Assembly: GCF_006345805.1 (NCBI RefSeq)
Contig: NW_021831675.1
Coordinates: 1 to 36,491, forward strand
Direction of reading: 5' to 3'
Source: Octopus sinensis
Taxonomy: Eukaryota
Length of the DNA stretch: 36,491 nucleotides
The notes beneath the pieces were generated by a model. The model searched no databases. It had not been told where the DNA came from and saw nothing but the letters and a program-made list of their open reading frames with translations. Positions 11,698-22,824 of the stretch are shown in pieces (position 1 is the stretch's first letter; every line of letters starts with the position of its first letter). The position numbers and the translations under genes are program-made.

Positions 11698-13625
11698 TTA
11701 AGTTCCCACATGTGCCACATATGAGACTATCTTTTCGGTCATAATTTTCCATGATGTGCGGTTGTATGCTATACTCCTGAGAGTATCTAGGTCGTCTCCA
11801 TTTTTCAGTTGTCTTTTAACGCGTTGTAGTTCTTTTGAGATTACAATAGGTAATGTATTTCGTGGGCGTCCTCGGGACGCAGATCTTTCGTCCTTTGCGT
11901 AATATGATTCCATTGCCCAGTTAGCATAGACATCCTGGTCGAGTCTTAGAATGTGGCCCAATAGGCGCCAACGTGCTTCGGTAATGTCCACACTGACGGG
12001 TCTGCTGTTGCAGATATTGTATAGGGTGGAGTTCTTGATTTTCTTTGGCCAGTTGATGCCAATAAGAATTCTTAACTGTCTTCTATGGAATGCATCAAGA
12101 GATTTTGATTCAGACTCAGATATTCCCCATGTTCCTCCGTTGTACAAAAGTATGGGTTTAATAAAAGCATTGTATAATTTGGCACGTAAGGCCGTTCCAA
12201 CCTCGCGGTTTCGTAGCCAAGTGGTCCGCAGTTTGTTAAGTGAACAGTCGATAGCATCTTTCTCCTCATAATGTCTTCACTATCTCCTAAAAGAGTTCCA
12301 ACTTTTTTCGAGTTTCGCCATTTTTCGTCTGTTCTATTTGCCTCCCGGTTGATTGTTACATATTCGGTTTTTTCTATGTTCACTTTTAAGAACCATTTTT
12401 CCAGTGCCTGGGGAGCAATGTTCAGCAGTTCTTCGAGTGTCGACTTATCATGAGACAAAAAGTCTACATCGTCGGCATATATCACTTCAGTTATTGAAGT
12501 AGTCTTCACTAGTTTTCTCAGATCTCTTAGTGCCGCTTCAAGATAGACAATGAATAGTACAGGTGATATTGAATCACCTTGGGGCGTTCCAATGCTTGTT
12601 TTGAAAGATCTTGATTGTACGGGTCCGATCTTCACCGTTAACTCGGTGTCTATAAGTAGTGCTCGAACCATTCTGATCGAGTCATTGTCAAGAATAGTTT
12701 TGAGGATCTCCATTAGCTTGTCTCTGCGGATTGTATCAAATGCCCTGCTCATATCAATGCCCAATATTGTGGTCGCCATTTTAAATTTCTGAGATATGGC
12801 ACAGATCCATCTATGTCCCCATACTACATCTGCAGTTGATCGCCCAGGCCTGAATCCACTTTGGCTAGCCGACAGATATTCATTAACAGGGTCCTTAATA
12901 CGTTCCAGTGTTACGAGCGAGAAGATTTTCCTTATTGTGTTCAAGAGTATGATTGGGCGAATGTTGTTAAGAGGACCTTGCGGCTTGTTGGGTTTTTGGA
13001 GAGGAATTAGCGTTCCTTTCCCAATAGGCGGTATGGTATTTCCATGGAACATCTCGTTCAGGAGATTTGTGATTATAGTTGAGATCTCCATTGGGGAGTA
13101 CTTTATCAATTCACCGTTGATGTTGTCTGGACCCGCCGCACGGTTGTTTTTTAATTTTTTTATAGCCTTCAAAACTTCAAGGTGTGTTATTTTGTTGTTT
13201 AGATAACGTTCTTCACCCTCATCGAGAGCATCGGCCCTGCCATTGAATAGTATTTCGAAGTGGTCGGCGATTGTATTTACCATTTCGATTGGGTTTCCAA
13301 TTGTTTTCCCATGTTCATCGTGCACAACCAGTTTTGTTTTCTGTTGTCGTCGGCGTAGTAGTCTGATGGCTGCGTACATTTGCGCACCATCCTTTAAGTC
13401 TTCAACTTCTGATATTCGAGAGTTTAATAAAGCTTTCACGTATTTAAGATTTTCCTTCTTGATTGTTCTCGATATTTTCCTACGTTCTCTTTTGAGTTTT
13501 TCCTTTGCCTCCTTGTCGTTGGTTTTTTCAATTTTCAGTTGGATGGCTTTTTGTTTTGTTGCCATTTCGGCAACATTTGGATTCAATGGTTGAGTTAGTG
13601 ACGCAACTCTATTGCACAAAGTCTT
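11698..13625 (-). pseudogene. RTE-type reverse transcriptase (one frameshift near 12255)
   Basis: RAAGPD, QSGFRPGRSTAD, IDMSRAFDTI, GTPQGDSISP, YADD, then YNGGTW...LDAFHRRQLR...RWRLLGHILR. Confidence 0.9.
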
Positions 13626-13633
13626 AATCACAT

Positions 13634-14664
13634 ATGAGGCTACAAAGAGATTTTACTTTGCTATCATTCAATGTCAGAGGACTATCTGACCTATCCAAGC
13701 GAAAAATCCTATGCCGGGATCTGAATGCATATGGTGCAACTATCGGATGCTTTCAAGAAACGAAGGTCAAAGGCGGGCTAGATGAGATACACAACGAGTA
13801 TCGAATCATTCTCCTTCCATCAGAATCACGTCATTATGGGCAGGGGTTTGGCATTCATAAGACCTTTTGGAATTCAATTCACAAATACTACCGTGTGAAC
13901 GACCGCATATGTGTACTACAACTGAGACAAAAAACTTTGACCAACACGGATCGAATAATCAGCATTATAAATGTCTACGCCCCACAAAGTGGAAGACTGA
14001 AGAAGAACATGGATGAACTAGACTCTTTCTATCACATGCTATCAAAGACCTACACGAGTATAAAAACATCCTTCCTTATACTAATTGCCGGTGATTGGAA
14101 TGCTAAGGCAGGCAAAGGCCGTGGTGAAGAAGTGTTCATGGGCAGACATGGACGGGGGATAAGAAATGCACCAGGTGAAATGCTTGTGAACTTCTGCAGC
14201 ATATTCAAGCTACTGCTATGCAATACGGTCTTTCCTCATGCGGCACGTCATAAAACCACGTGGACCGGGACTAGAAGAAACAAAAATGGGGAGTACGTCA
14301 ACATCTATAATCAAATCGATTATATCATCTGTAGACAAGAAGAAAAACATCGATTGCTGGATGCCAGGTCATATGGCGGGGCACTTACACTGAGCGATCA
14401 CAAAGCCATTGTGGCACGATTGAGACTGAAAAGAATTTTTGGATCGCCTCTTTCAAAAGAAAATGAATCAAACCGAATTAGATACTCAGTGGAAAAACTG
14501 ATTACATCAGATGTTACCAAGGAAAAATACTCCCAGGCAATCATCGAAAACCTAAATAACAGAAACGGTAAAAGACCCAAACAAAAGCTTGGATATATTA
14601 GAAAAACTTATTCACAAAGCTGCAACGGAAACCATTGGACGACTGCATTCAGAACCACTCAAAC
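13634..14664 (+). pseudogene. APE endonuclease domain of the same RTE element (inverted segment)
   Basis: SFNVRGL, CFQET, INVYAP, AGDWNA, LCNT.F, NQIDYI, SDH. Frameshift near 14560. Confidence 0.9.
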
Positions 14665-14846
14665 CCAAGACTAATTAGCATTTGATTTTGTGACTGTTTG
14701 TTTAAAATGTCAAAATTTTTTTAAAATAAAATTTTCTTTGGATTATTTTTAAATGTTTTATTATGTAAAAAACTTTGTTTAATTTTTTAGCCTTTGGAAA
14801 AAATGAGATAAAAACAGGTATGTTTAAGAAAAGAAAATTTTAATAA

Positions 14847-17800
14847 TTACAAGGAGGACGCAACACTGTAAACATCCTCAGGCTCACTCAATTCGTCCAC
14901 ACTACTATCCAGATGGGTAATGTGGGCTACAAATAAGGGGACAAAGCAAACGTTTGCTGAAGAAATAGTTATCTTCCAAGTCAGAATCGTCATCTTCTGA
15001 TTCCGAATCCACAAACCTCTTGGGATCCACAGCCAACCAGTTCAACTGGACATTACAAGAGCACATACTCGACTACGAGTGGACACACACTTCCAGCGCC
15101 CTGCCACTTTCTTCCTCAACACAATCTGCACTTCATTCACACAGATTCTGTATCGAGAAGAGGACACCACCGAACCCTTCAATGGCAGAAAGAACGCATA
15201 CAACCCTCCCTCAGACTTTCCTCTACAAATTACGACTTGTATCAATACCGAAACAATAATTGGCTGTCCTCAACTACCACCACTCCCTCGTCCTTAACAT
15301 TGATTAAACGGACTGCGAAAAACAATTTGAAGTCTGTCTCCGCCCACGTGACCATGGGTTGTAGCCTGGGATTAATAAATATCTTACCATTTTCCATTTC
15401 CCTCCATATTAACCCTCCTCCAAAACTCTTTCATTGAGGTAGCAAACTCAACGGGGAAACTTGAAAGTAACAATATGACTACACATTTCTAGGAAAAACT
15501 CTGGCACATGCTCGATAGCCGCCTCTACTGCATGTATGACTGACTCATCCTCTTGTTTGCAGAATAATCCCAGCAGTGATTCACTCGTCGTAGATAGTGG
15601 GGCAGGAAATGATGATAGCCTATAATTAGAAGAAAAAACAACCTTTTCAAATTTTCCACAATTTTATATTTGATGAGGCAGGATGGATTAGACATATTAG
15701 GAATAAGGACTTGAAAAAGATTGAGTATCTCTTCCAAAACCTGCGATGTAAAGAAAGAGAGGACTACCTGAATGTCTTCACTCTCCCTCAACAAATAACA
15801 AATACCACACATGGCCATCACTTCGCATTCAAAACGAAATGCAGCTCTGAAATGTAAAAACAATTTAACGGTTTATATCTGAGGGTGACAGTGAAGCATT
15901 TAAGAATTGGGAGAACAACTTGAGGATCAGTCAGTGCATCTCGTGTCAGAAGACTTGTGAGTGACGAGGACACAATGTTCTCGTCATTTGCCTGCAGAGG
16001 AATGGAAACATATTTGAGGAGTCCAGTCAATATCTCTAAAACACGGTTAGTCCACTACAATCGTCAACTAAGTCGTACACAAAACAGACTTTCTTCATTG
16101 GCCACATACATCAAGTGTTGAATAAATACACAGTGGGCCTCCAAATAGATGGCCTGCACACAAAAACTAACAATCACCCCACAACATCAAACCTCTCATA
16201 GTCTACCAAATAACCCCAGACATCCAGTAGTCCGTCGGGGTAGTAGGATATGTTGTCGTAGCCCTACAATAATCAAACAACAAAACCTGCAATTCCAATT
16301 CGAGAATGTAAACTAGACGGGACTCAAAAAGAAAAGACTCGTCAATGACTTGACTTCTCAAACAATCCAGCAAGAGATTCCACAGTTCTTCGTCAGTCCC
16401 CCAGTACTCAACCATGAAGCGAAGTGACTCCGCAATCCATATTGCCAATCCTCCAGGACTGACTAGTCTTAACACATCCTTCATCTCAATACATATCTCT
16501 TCAGTCCTCTAAACAGAATATATCCCAACACTACATCCACATCTACTCCATCTGGTGAATATCCCATCAATTTCATCTCCTCCAATATGTCGATAGGAAA
16601 TGGACAGTGGTAGAACAGTCTCACCACTCCTTCATCACCACACTCCACGGAATAGTCCCCAGGTCTCGCCACCAACCGTTGGAATGCCTCCTTCGCCCGA
16701 GCAGACCACTGTCCCCCTTGGAGGAGACAGCAATAGTGAGCAAAGGCATTGAATCGGCAGTATTCCGAGGGCATCATATACATGTCCGACACTACTACAG
16801 TGGGAGTCTCCCCCGTATCTACCCACGTGACCTCACATCGTGATTCCCCGACCACCTCCTTCACAATTCCACGTCGGAAACTGCCATCAGATCACAGACT
16901 TACCAATAATCTTTTCTTGCGTTGTTTTCCGGAAATATTGTGATCACGTAATCCCCCTCCTTCGGGTGGATACAGTGCTTAAACTTGGAGTACTGACTGT
17001 ATAAATCTCCATTCATTTCTCTGAACAACCCCAACGAGTCGCATTTATGCACATAAAACAATGACGGACTCTCAACATGACTAATCTCCACCGAAATAGT
17101 TCCTTCGAACGACTCCCTCCCAATTTCCGATCTAGTCAATGGCAACGGGGGATAACCTGGACATGGAGTGTCCGTAGAGTCGTTCAGTGAGTGTGTGTAT
17201 GTGCTATAATGAATAACCAAGCATACATCTTTATTGGGTTGTCCCATTTTCTGTACAATCAAGTGGTTTAACAAATCAAAGTCCATGACAGGCACATCCA
17301 AAATGGATAGTTTACAACACTTGATGAGAGTGTTAACCCAAAAGGTATTCCCCGCTCTACTGTCTACAACGAGTGGTCACCTCAACTCAATGTGGGCCAC
17401 GACTTGTTCTCCTTGGACTAATTGTTCCACGTGACTGTTCACTTGGGTATTCCACTCTGAATTCATATCGCACGGAACAATCCCACTCAAATACACATCC
17501 ACGGCCTGACTCCACTCACTCAGACACTACCTGTGGCCGAATTGAGGACAGGACAGACGGTAGGACAAAAATGTTCTCCCTCTGAGTTATGTGAGAAGAC
17601 CCTTCGTCCAGCAGTGTCACGACCAAGTCATTGTCTCGACACTCGTCTATCACAGCACTAGGGAATATTGAAAAGAGTGTGCCGTTTGAATGTCTCTCTC
17701 CTCAAAACAGCCACTCGATCACCCACTTGAAAGTGTTCTGGCCTGATCTGCTGTTGCTGGTTAGAAAAGTATTTAAGAATGTCAATGTTGAGTTGCTTGG

Positions 17801-19169
17801 ATTGTTTCTCATACGTTTTTGTGCACGATCCGGAATCGGAGTGGGAAATGATCCGACAGCGGAAATGGGATGCATCGACCACGAAAAGCACCAACATTCG
17901 AATATCCCCCGACGACGGGAGACCATCGCACTCAGGGTCATCGAAATAATCAAAAAAATGGGAGCCCCCATGACTGTCCGGACATTGAAATCCCAAACTA
18001 AGAAATACTTAAGTCGATTCAACCGGCAAAATCCAAACTGTAGAAATGTCCTACAAGCAGTTCTTCCTTTCTTGTTGAAAGCCAAACTACTGAGGGGGTC
18101 AGGAATCGGTAACTGGGCACGACTCATCAAGTTCACAAAGAAATTGCAAAGGGCATACAAACCAGAGTGAGAGTTGTGTATTAGAACATGAGACGAGACA
18201 GTCTACCCATAATTGCCCAAACTACCTTCGACACTCCCAGCCGAGCACTGATAAATCCAAACCGAGTCTCATAGTGGGCAAAGTCAGTACAACCGTAATG
18301 CACAATATCAGTAGCACTGATCTGCCCGACTAACCCATTTGCAGTGACATCGTCCATTACTGACTATATATTACAGACAAAGACACTCAGTATGGTCGGG
18401 GAGGCTGGGTTGTGAGAGGGGAGGTCACTCCGGGGAGATAATACATGCACATTAATCTCCAACTGCCTCAATGTCTTTAAAAATTACCCCCAACTCTACA
18501 TTCGCCACAAATTTCAGATCATCGAAGATGTTATTCACAAATACGAGGACAAGAGGAGTTCTGTGGTGGCAGAGTGACCGGAGAGTACGGGAGAGGCAAC
18601 TCAGTTGGGAAACTCTGTCGTCCTGGGTCACTTGGACAGTCTACAGTGGGATGACTGACACTACATGACTCAAGGACTTCATCACGGAGTACTCCACCGC
18701 GGAATCGATTACAACTCGGGCAGAAGGGAGACAAAAGTCTTTGAATTGTGATATATGGAAGTTCCAGCGAGAGGAGACCACTATTTTTTGAACCATCGAG
18801 TCTCCAATCAAATAAATGAGCATGGCCATGTCGTCAGTCCACGTGGACAACAGGAGGTCGGCCTCCTTTACAACCAAGTAAGCAAAGCGGGCCAAATTGG
18901 TTGATTTGTCTTTCAATCGGCGAAATAAGGAGGGGACTGTACAAATCAGAATATCGCATCCTCGGAGGACTTCCAGCTGCCATAATTAATTAAAACTGGA
19001 CTTGGCTCTCCATGTCGCTCATTCCTCCAGTTAGGGTACAAAGTTTCGCTGAAGACTTATCTAGAATGTTCTCGAATGTTCTTTCGATGTCTTCCACTTT
19101 GGACCATTGGTGGGCCATGATTAGCAAAATTGGCTGAAATGTGATTATAATAATTACGCCATGCAAATT
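14847..19169 (-). pseudogene. TDRD12: TDRD12/Yb-family piRNA factor (degenerate DEAD-box helicase, CCCH finger, two Tudor domains, CS/p23 domain), multi-exon, 5' part absent
   Basis: After removing 21-26 nt introns: HGPILLIMAHQW...RGCDILICTVPSL...YLVVKEAD; CRTFLQFGFCRLGFQCPDSH..LPSSGDI; VEISHVESPSLFYV...WVDTG...WSARA; PMVTWAETD...IVLRKK..RW..LNWLAVD; stop at 14847-14849. The domain order matches TDRD12. Not every exon was checked for lesions. Confidence 0.75.
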
Positions 19170-22100
19170 TTAAAAAATGCTTTGAGGAGTTTGTTGCCAA
19201 ATTGGGAAAGTAATTACAATGGGAAGGAACGTTTGTATCCCTACTAGGAAAATTCCAAGGCAGTTGCTTAAAATGGAAATTTTAAATGGTATTAATGCAG
19301 CAATAAGGGAGTACATTGATTCGTTGCCTATTGTGGATATTAATGTTATCACGGACATCATATATGCAGGACAGTGCACTTATGAGAACCTTACCAAGAG
19401 GGATAGTATTAAAAGTAATTGGGAAGACAACATGAAAGGCAAACTTACCAAACTTAAAGAGCAACTTGAGCAAATTCGAATGGCTAGTCAAATGAAAGGG
19501 AAGAATCAGTTTGACGAAGATACACGCAATACCTTTTGTGCTTATGGGTTTAAGAAGTCAAAGAAGGGAGAATTCGAAAGAGTTATTTCCGTTGTGTGTG
19601 ACCAAATCAAGATTATTGAGAAAAAGTTGAGAATTTATGAATCGAGAAAAGGATTTAGAAAGGCAAATTGGTGTTTCGAACTTAATAGAAGGCGATTCTA
19701 TAGAAATATTAGTGGAGATAACAAGAAGGGGATGATTAATTTCGACGAAGATGAGTGCCTTTCTTTTTGGACTAGTATTTTGGATAAGGTTGAGCGAAGG
19801 GAGAAGAATTTTCTGGGTAGCAAAAAAGTAACTGGATCTGAGAATTCTTATGCTAATTTTACGGAAGAGGCAATTATTGATACTATCAAGATGCTTCCAA
19901 ATTGGAAAGCGTCTGGTTGTGATGGAGTGTACAACTTTTTTATCAAAAACTTTACTTCAATCCATGAACACCCTTGTGCCGAAATTCAAAAGATTATTAA
20001 TGATGAATATTTACCTGAGGAGTGGTTTTACACTGGGGTGACCTATCTCATTCCAAAAGTGGATGTATGTAATTCCCCAAAGGATTTAAGGCTGATCACG
20101 TGCATGCTGAATCTATATAAATTATTGACAAAATGTGTGAACAGGAAATTGTCAGAATATGTTGATTCATATGATTTAATAACTGAAAATCAGCTGGGAA
20201 CAAGGAGAATGTGTCAAGGGGCAAAAGAACAAGCTATTGTCATTCAATGTTTAAATCAAAAAAATGGAAACAATTTATGTTCTACGTGGATTGATGTTAA
20301 AAAAGCCTTTGATTCGGTCGATCATGAATTTTTGGGCCAAGTATTGCAAAATTCTGGTCTCCCCTTCTGGATTATTAGATTTATTAATAATCTTATCACA
20401 AAATGGAAGATAAGGCTTAACTTAAACAATAATACTCTGGGAGAAATTAAAATAAAGCGAGGAATTCTACAGGGAGATTCTCTTTCACCGCAGATCTTTG
20501 GTTTGTTAATGGACCCTCTAAGTCGATTGCTGAATGGAAAGTTTCCGAAAATAACGATGGGGACTCCAGGAAATGGGGAACCCACTTATGCAAATAATCA
20601 CCTCCTCTTTATTGATGATATAAAACTGTTCTCTCACCATAGTGATTCTATGGTTATGATGATGGAAGAAGTGGATTTGTTTTTTGATGCAGCTGGGCTG
20701 GAGAGAAATTTTGAGAAATCCGCAACAAATGTGAAGTTATTATCTGGCAAAGCCCGGTTCCTTGATGGATTGGATGGATATCAATATTTGGGAGTCCTTG
20801 AGGATAAGAACAGTAATGTCCTTAAAGAAGAAATTATGAATAAAATCAATAAAGAAGTATCTACGAGTATTGAAAATTTGACAAAAACTGATTTAAACTC
20901 AGTTAACCTGTTTAAAGGGATAAATGAATATGCACTCTCACTTTATAACTATTACATTGGATTGACTGATGTGGAGCCTGGAGAATTTGAGCAGATTGAT
21001 AAGAATATTCGCCGAATTCTTATGGACAGACGTATACATTTCCAACACACAAACAAAGAAAGATTGTATCTACCAAGAAATAAATTTGGAAGAGGCCTGG
21101 AGTCTGTCAGTAATAAAGCTGAACGGATGCTTCTCCAATTTTATAATGACTTAGAACATAAGACAAATTACTGCCTGAGAAGAGAAGGAATTCTACGGGT
21201 CATTAATTCAAAGAAAACCCACATGGCCACTATCGTAGAATTCATTTCCAGAAAGTACAACATTGAGATTGCAAAGGATTTGACAATGTCGACATTGATG
21301 AAAATACAGCATGAATATCTGCTTAAAGAAATTGAAAAGAAGCAGATTCACTCTATCTTATTTAAATGTCTAAAAGACACGGAAGTAAATGTTTGTGAAT
21401 CTTCTGGATGGTTGGTTAATGGAAATCATTCCCCCATGACTGAAGGGAGACTGTGTCTACTTCAGGACCGCAACATGTTTTTTGATAATGGAGAAAATAA
21501 GTGCACGCATTGTAACTCGGCAAGAAAAACAGTTGATCACCTTGCAACTATGTGCGGGAGAATGCTGAATAGCTCATATCTTAGACGGCATAACGAAGTA
21601 GTCAGATGTATTCACTTACATCTCTGTCGTAAATATGGAATAAGAAAAACTAAGAGACTAAAGACACACTCAGTTCAATCTGTTGTTAGCAATGAATTTG
21701 TGGAGATTCGTGTGGATACTACGATTAGTACGGATACAGCTGTGGCGAATAACAAACCTGATATATTTGTCCATGACAAAGTGAGGAATACAATCACCCT
21801 TATCGAAGTGGGGGTTACTTCGCAAAATTGCCTAAAGCAGGTCGAAGTTGAGAAGTTCCACAAATATGACTTATTGGCAAATGAACTTGAAGCAATTCAT
21901 CACGCAAAAGTAAAAGTAATAATCCCTGTTATAATGACCTGGGATGGAATTGTCTCAAGATTTTTCAAGGGTCATCTTGATGTCCTCAAGCTGGAAGAAA
22001 GAGTGAGAGCATATATTCAGACAGTGGTTCTGAGGAAGACATTGGAGAGCATGCAGGCTGAAGAGAGGCATGGTATATCGATACCTAGTGAGGAGAAAGC

Positions 22101-22266
22101 TGAAACGGAATGTCAACCAAGGGCAGCCTCAGAATGTGGAGTGTGCTTCGACGAGAACACACCCATACGGTCACTGGATTATGGGCCCAAAAAGAGAAGA
22201 TTAAGCTAATTAATTAATTACTTTAACATGGATTTTTTTAGTTAAAATTAATTTGTAGATTCATAT
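19169..22266 (+). mobile_element. R4/Dong-like RLE non-LTR retrotransposon, copy 1, 5'-truncated
   Basis: Uninterrupted 996-aa ORF with WKASGCDG, RGILQGDSLSP, FIDD, RLYLPR..GRGL, CxxC..TVDHL...RRHNEV, NKPDI..D...LIEVG, EKFHKY. The 3' boundary is approximate. Confidence 0.9.
19204..22209 (+). CDS. RT-zinc knuckle-RLE polyprotein, entered in the -1 frame from the GGGAAAG site
   Basis: No stop from 19186 to 22209; domains as listed for the element. Confidence 0.85.
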   Translation, partial: GKVITMGRNVCIPTRKIPRQLLKMEILNGINAAIREYIDSLPIVDINVITDIIYAGQCTYENLTKRDSIKSNWEDNMKGKLTKLKEQLEQIRMASQMKGKNQFDEDTRNTFCAYGFKKSKKGEFERVISVVCDQIKIIEKKLRIYESRKGFRKANWCFELNRRRFYRNISGDNKKGMINFDEDECLSFWTSILDKVERREKNFLGSKKVTGSENSYANFTEEAIIDTIKMLPNWKASGCDGVYNFFIKNFTSIHEHPCAEIQKIINDEYLPEEWFYTGVTYLIPKVDVCNSPKDLRLITCMLNLYKLLTKCVNRKLSEYVDSYDLITENQLGTRRMCQGAKEQAIVIQCLNQKNGNNLCSTWIDVKKAFDSVDHEFLGQVLQNSGLPFWIIRFINNLITKWKIRLNLNNNTLGEIKIKRGILQGDSLSPQIFGLLMDPLSRLLNGKFPKITMGTPGNGEPTYANNHLLFIDDIKLFSHHSDSMVMMMEEVDLFFDAAGLERNFEKSATNVKLLSGKARFLDGLDGYQYLGVLEDKNSNVLKEEIMNKINKEVSTSIENLTKTDLNSVNLFKGINEYALSLYNYYIGLTDVEPGEFEQIDKNIRRILMDRRIHFQHTNKERLYLPRNKFGRGLESVSNKAERMLLQFYNDLEHKTNYCLRREGILRVINSKKTHMATIVEFISRKYNIEIAKDLTMSTLMKIQHEYLLKEIEKKQIHSILFKCLKDTEVNVCESSGWLVNGNHSPMTEGRLCLLQDRNMFFDNGENKCTHCNSARKTVDHLATMCGRMLNSSYLRRHNEVVRCIHLHLCRKYGIRKTKRLKTHSVQSVVSNEFVEIRVDTTISTDTAVANNKPDIFVHDKVRNTITLIEVGVTSQNCLKQVEVEKFHKYDLLANELEAIHHAKVKVIIPVIMTWDGIVSRFFKGHLDVLKLEERVRAYIQTVVLRKTLESMQAEERHGISIPSEEKAETECQPRAASECGVCFDENTPIRSLDYGPKKRRLS

Positions 22267-22824
22267 ATGCATTGTGTGAGTTGTTGTGGTGTGTGCATGT
22301 ACGTTTCCAAGCAGTTAAGGAAAACGAAACCTACGGGCCTTCCTGCAAATAAAAAGAACTTAAAAAAGACAGGACCGTCGCCTATGGGACCTCACAATGC
22401 CACAAGAGCTAATGGTGTTAAAGAAGATCTTGTTGGTGATGCTGCCAAAATTAACTTGCATTCTCTTTCTGCGATCATCGGAAATGTCAATGGTGTCTCT
22501 GAAGGCGAATGGGTGTCTCAGATTGCCCTTGCCGCGAAGCAAAGACTTGGAAGGATGCCAAGAGGTGGTTGGAACCTTGTCCTGGAGAAGTTCAATGAGA
22601 AGTACTCGGCAAAGTGCTCTAGTTTATGCCAACTAAAGAGCATGGCTAGACGGAATAACAATGTGCAAGGGAGATGCGACTCTTCCAGAGTGCAAGATGA
22701 TGTGGACGTAGAAATTTCCAGTTTCAGAAATTGCCTAGAGGAACTCAAATTCCAATTGGGAAAGTTCAGTCTATTCAGAGAGACTCTCGAAAGCCAACTC
22801 CAAAGGTGCATCGAAGGATGGTAA
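22267..22824 (+). CDS. Upstream ORF (ORF1) of R4-like copy 2, with a possible Myb/HTH-like segment
   Basis: GRMPRGGWNLVLEKFNEKYS...QLKSMAR; ends FRNCLEELKFQLGK, matching FKKCFEEFVAKLGK in copy 1. The start codon is uncertain. Confidence 0.55.
   Translation: MHCVSCCGVCMYVSKQLRKTKPTGLPANKKNLKKTGPSPMGPHNATRANGVKEDLVGDAAKINLHSLSAIIGNVNGVSEGEWVSQIALAAKQRLGRMPRGGWNLVLEKFNEKYSAKCSSLCQLKSMARRNNNVQGRCDSSRVQDDVDVEISSFRNCLEELKFQLGKFSLFRETLESQLQRCIEGW

Larger units (their letters stand above)
11651..14664 (-). mobile_element. RTE-like LINE with an inverted 5' segment
   Basis: (TAA)4 tail at 11651-11662, RT on minus (11698-13625), APE endonuclease on plus (13634-14664), and a 13-bp TSD CCAAGACTAATTA (11638-11650, 14665-14677). 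Confidence 0.92.

Noticed and set aside
14858-14870. CACTG|TA as the right end of the Tc1
   Set aside because: It lies within the last TDRD12-like exon (EDVYSVASSL*), and no matching left TIR or outer direct repeat is present.
17631-18170. 179-aa plus-strand ORF and similar antisense ORFs over TEs and genes
   Set aside because: They are shadows of conserved coding sequence on the opposite strand and have no motifs of their own.
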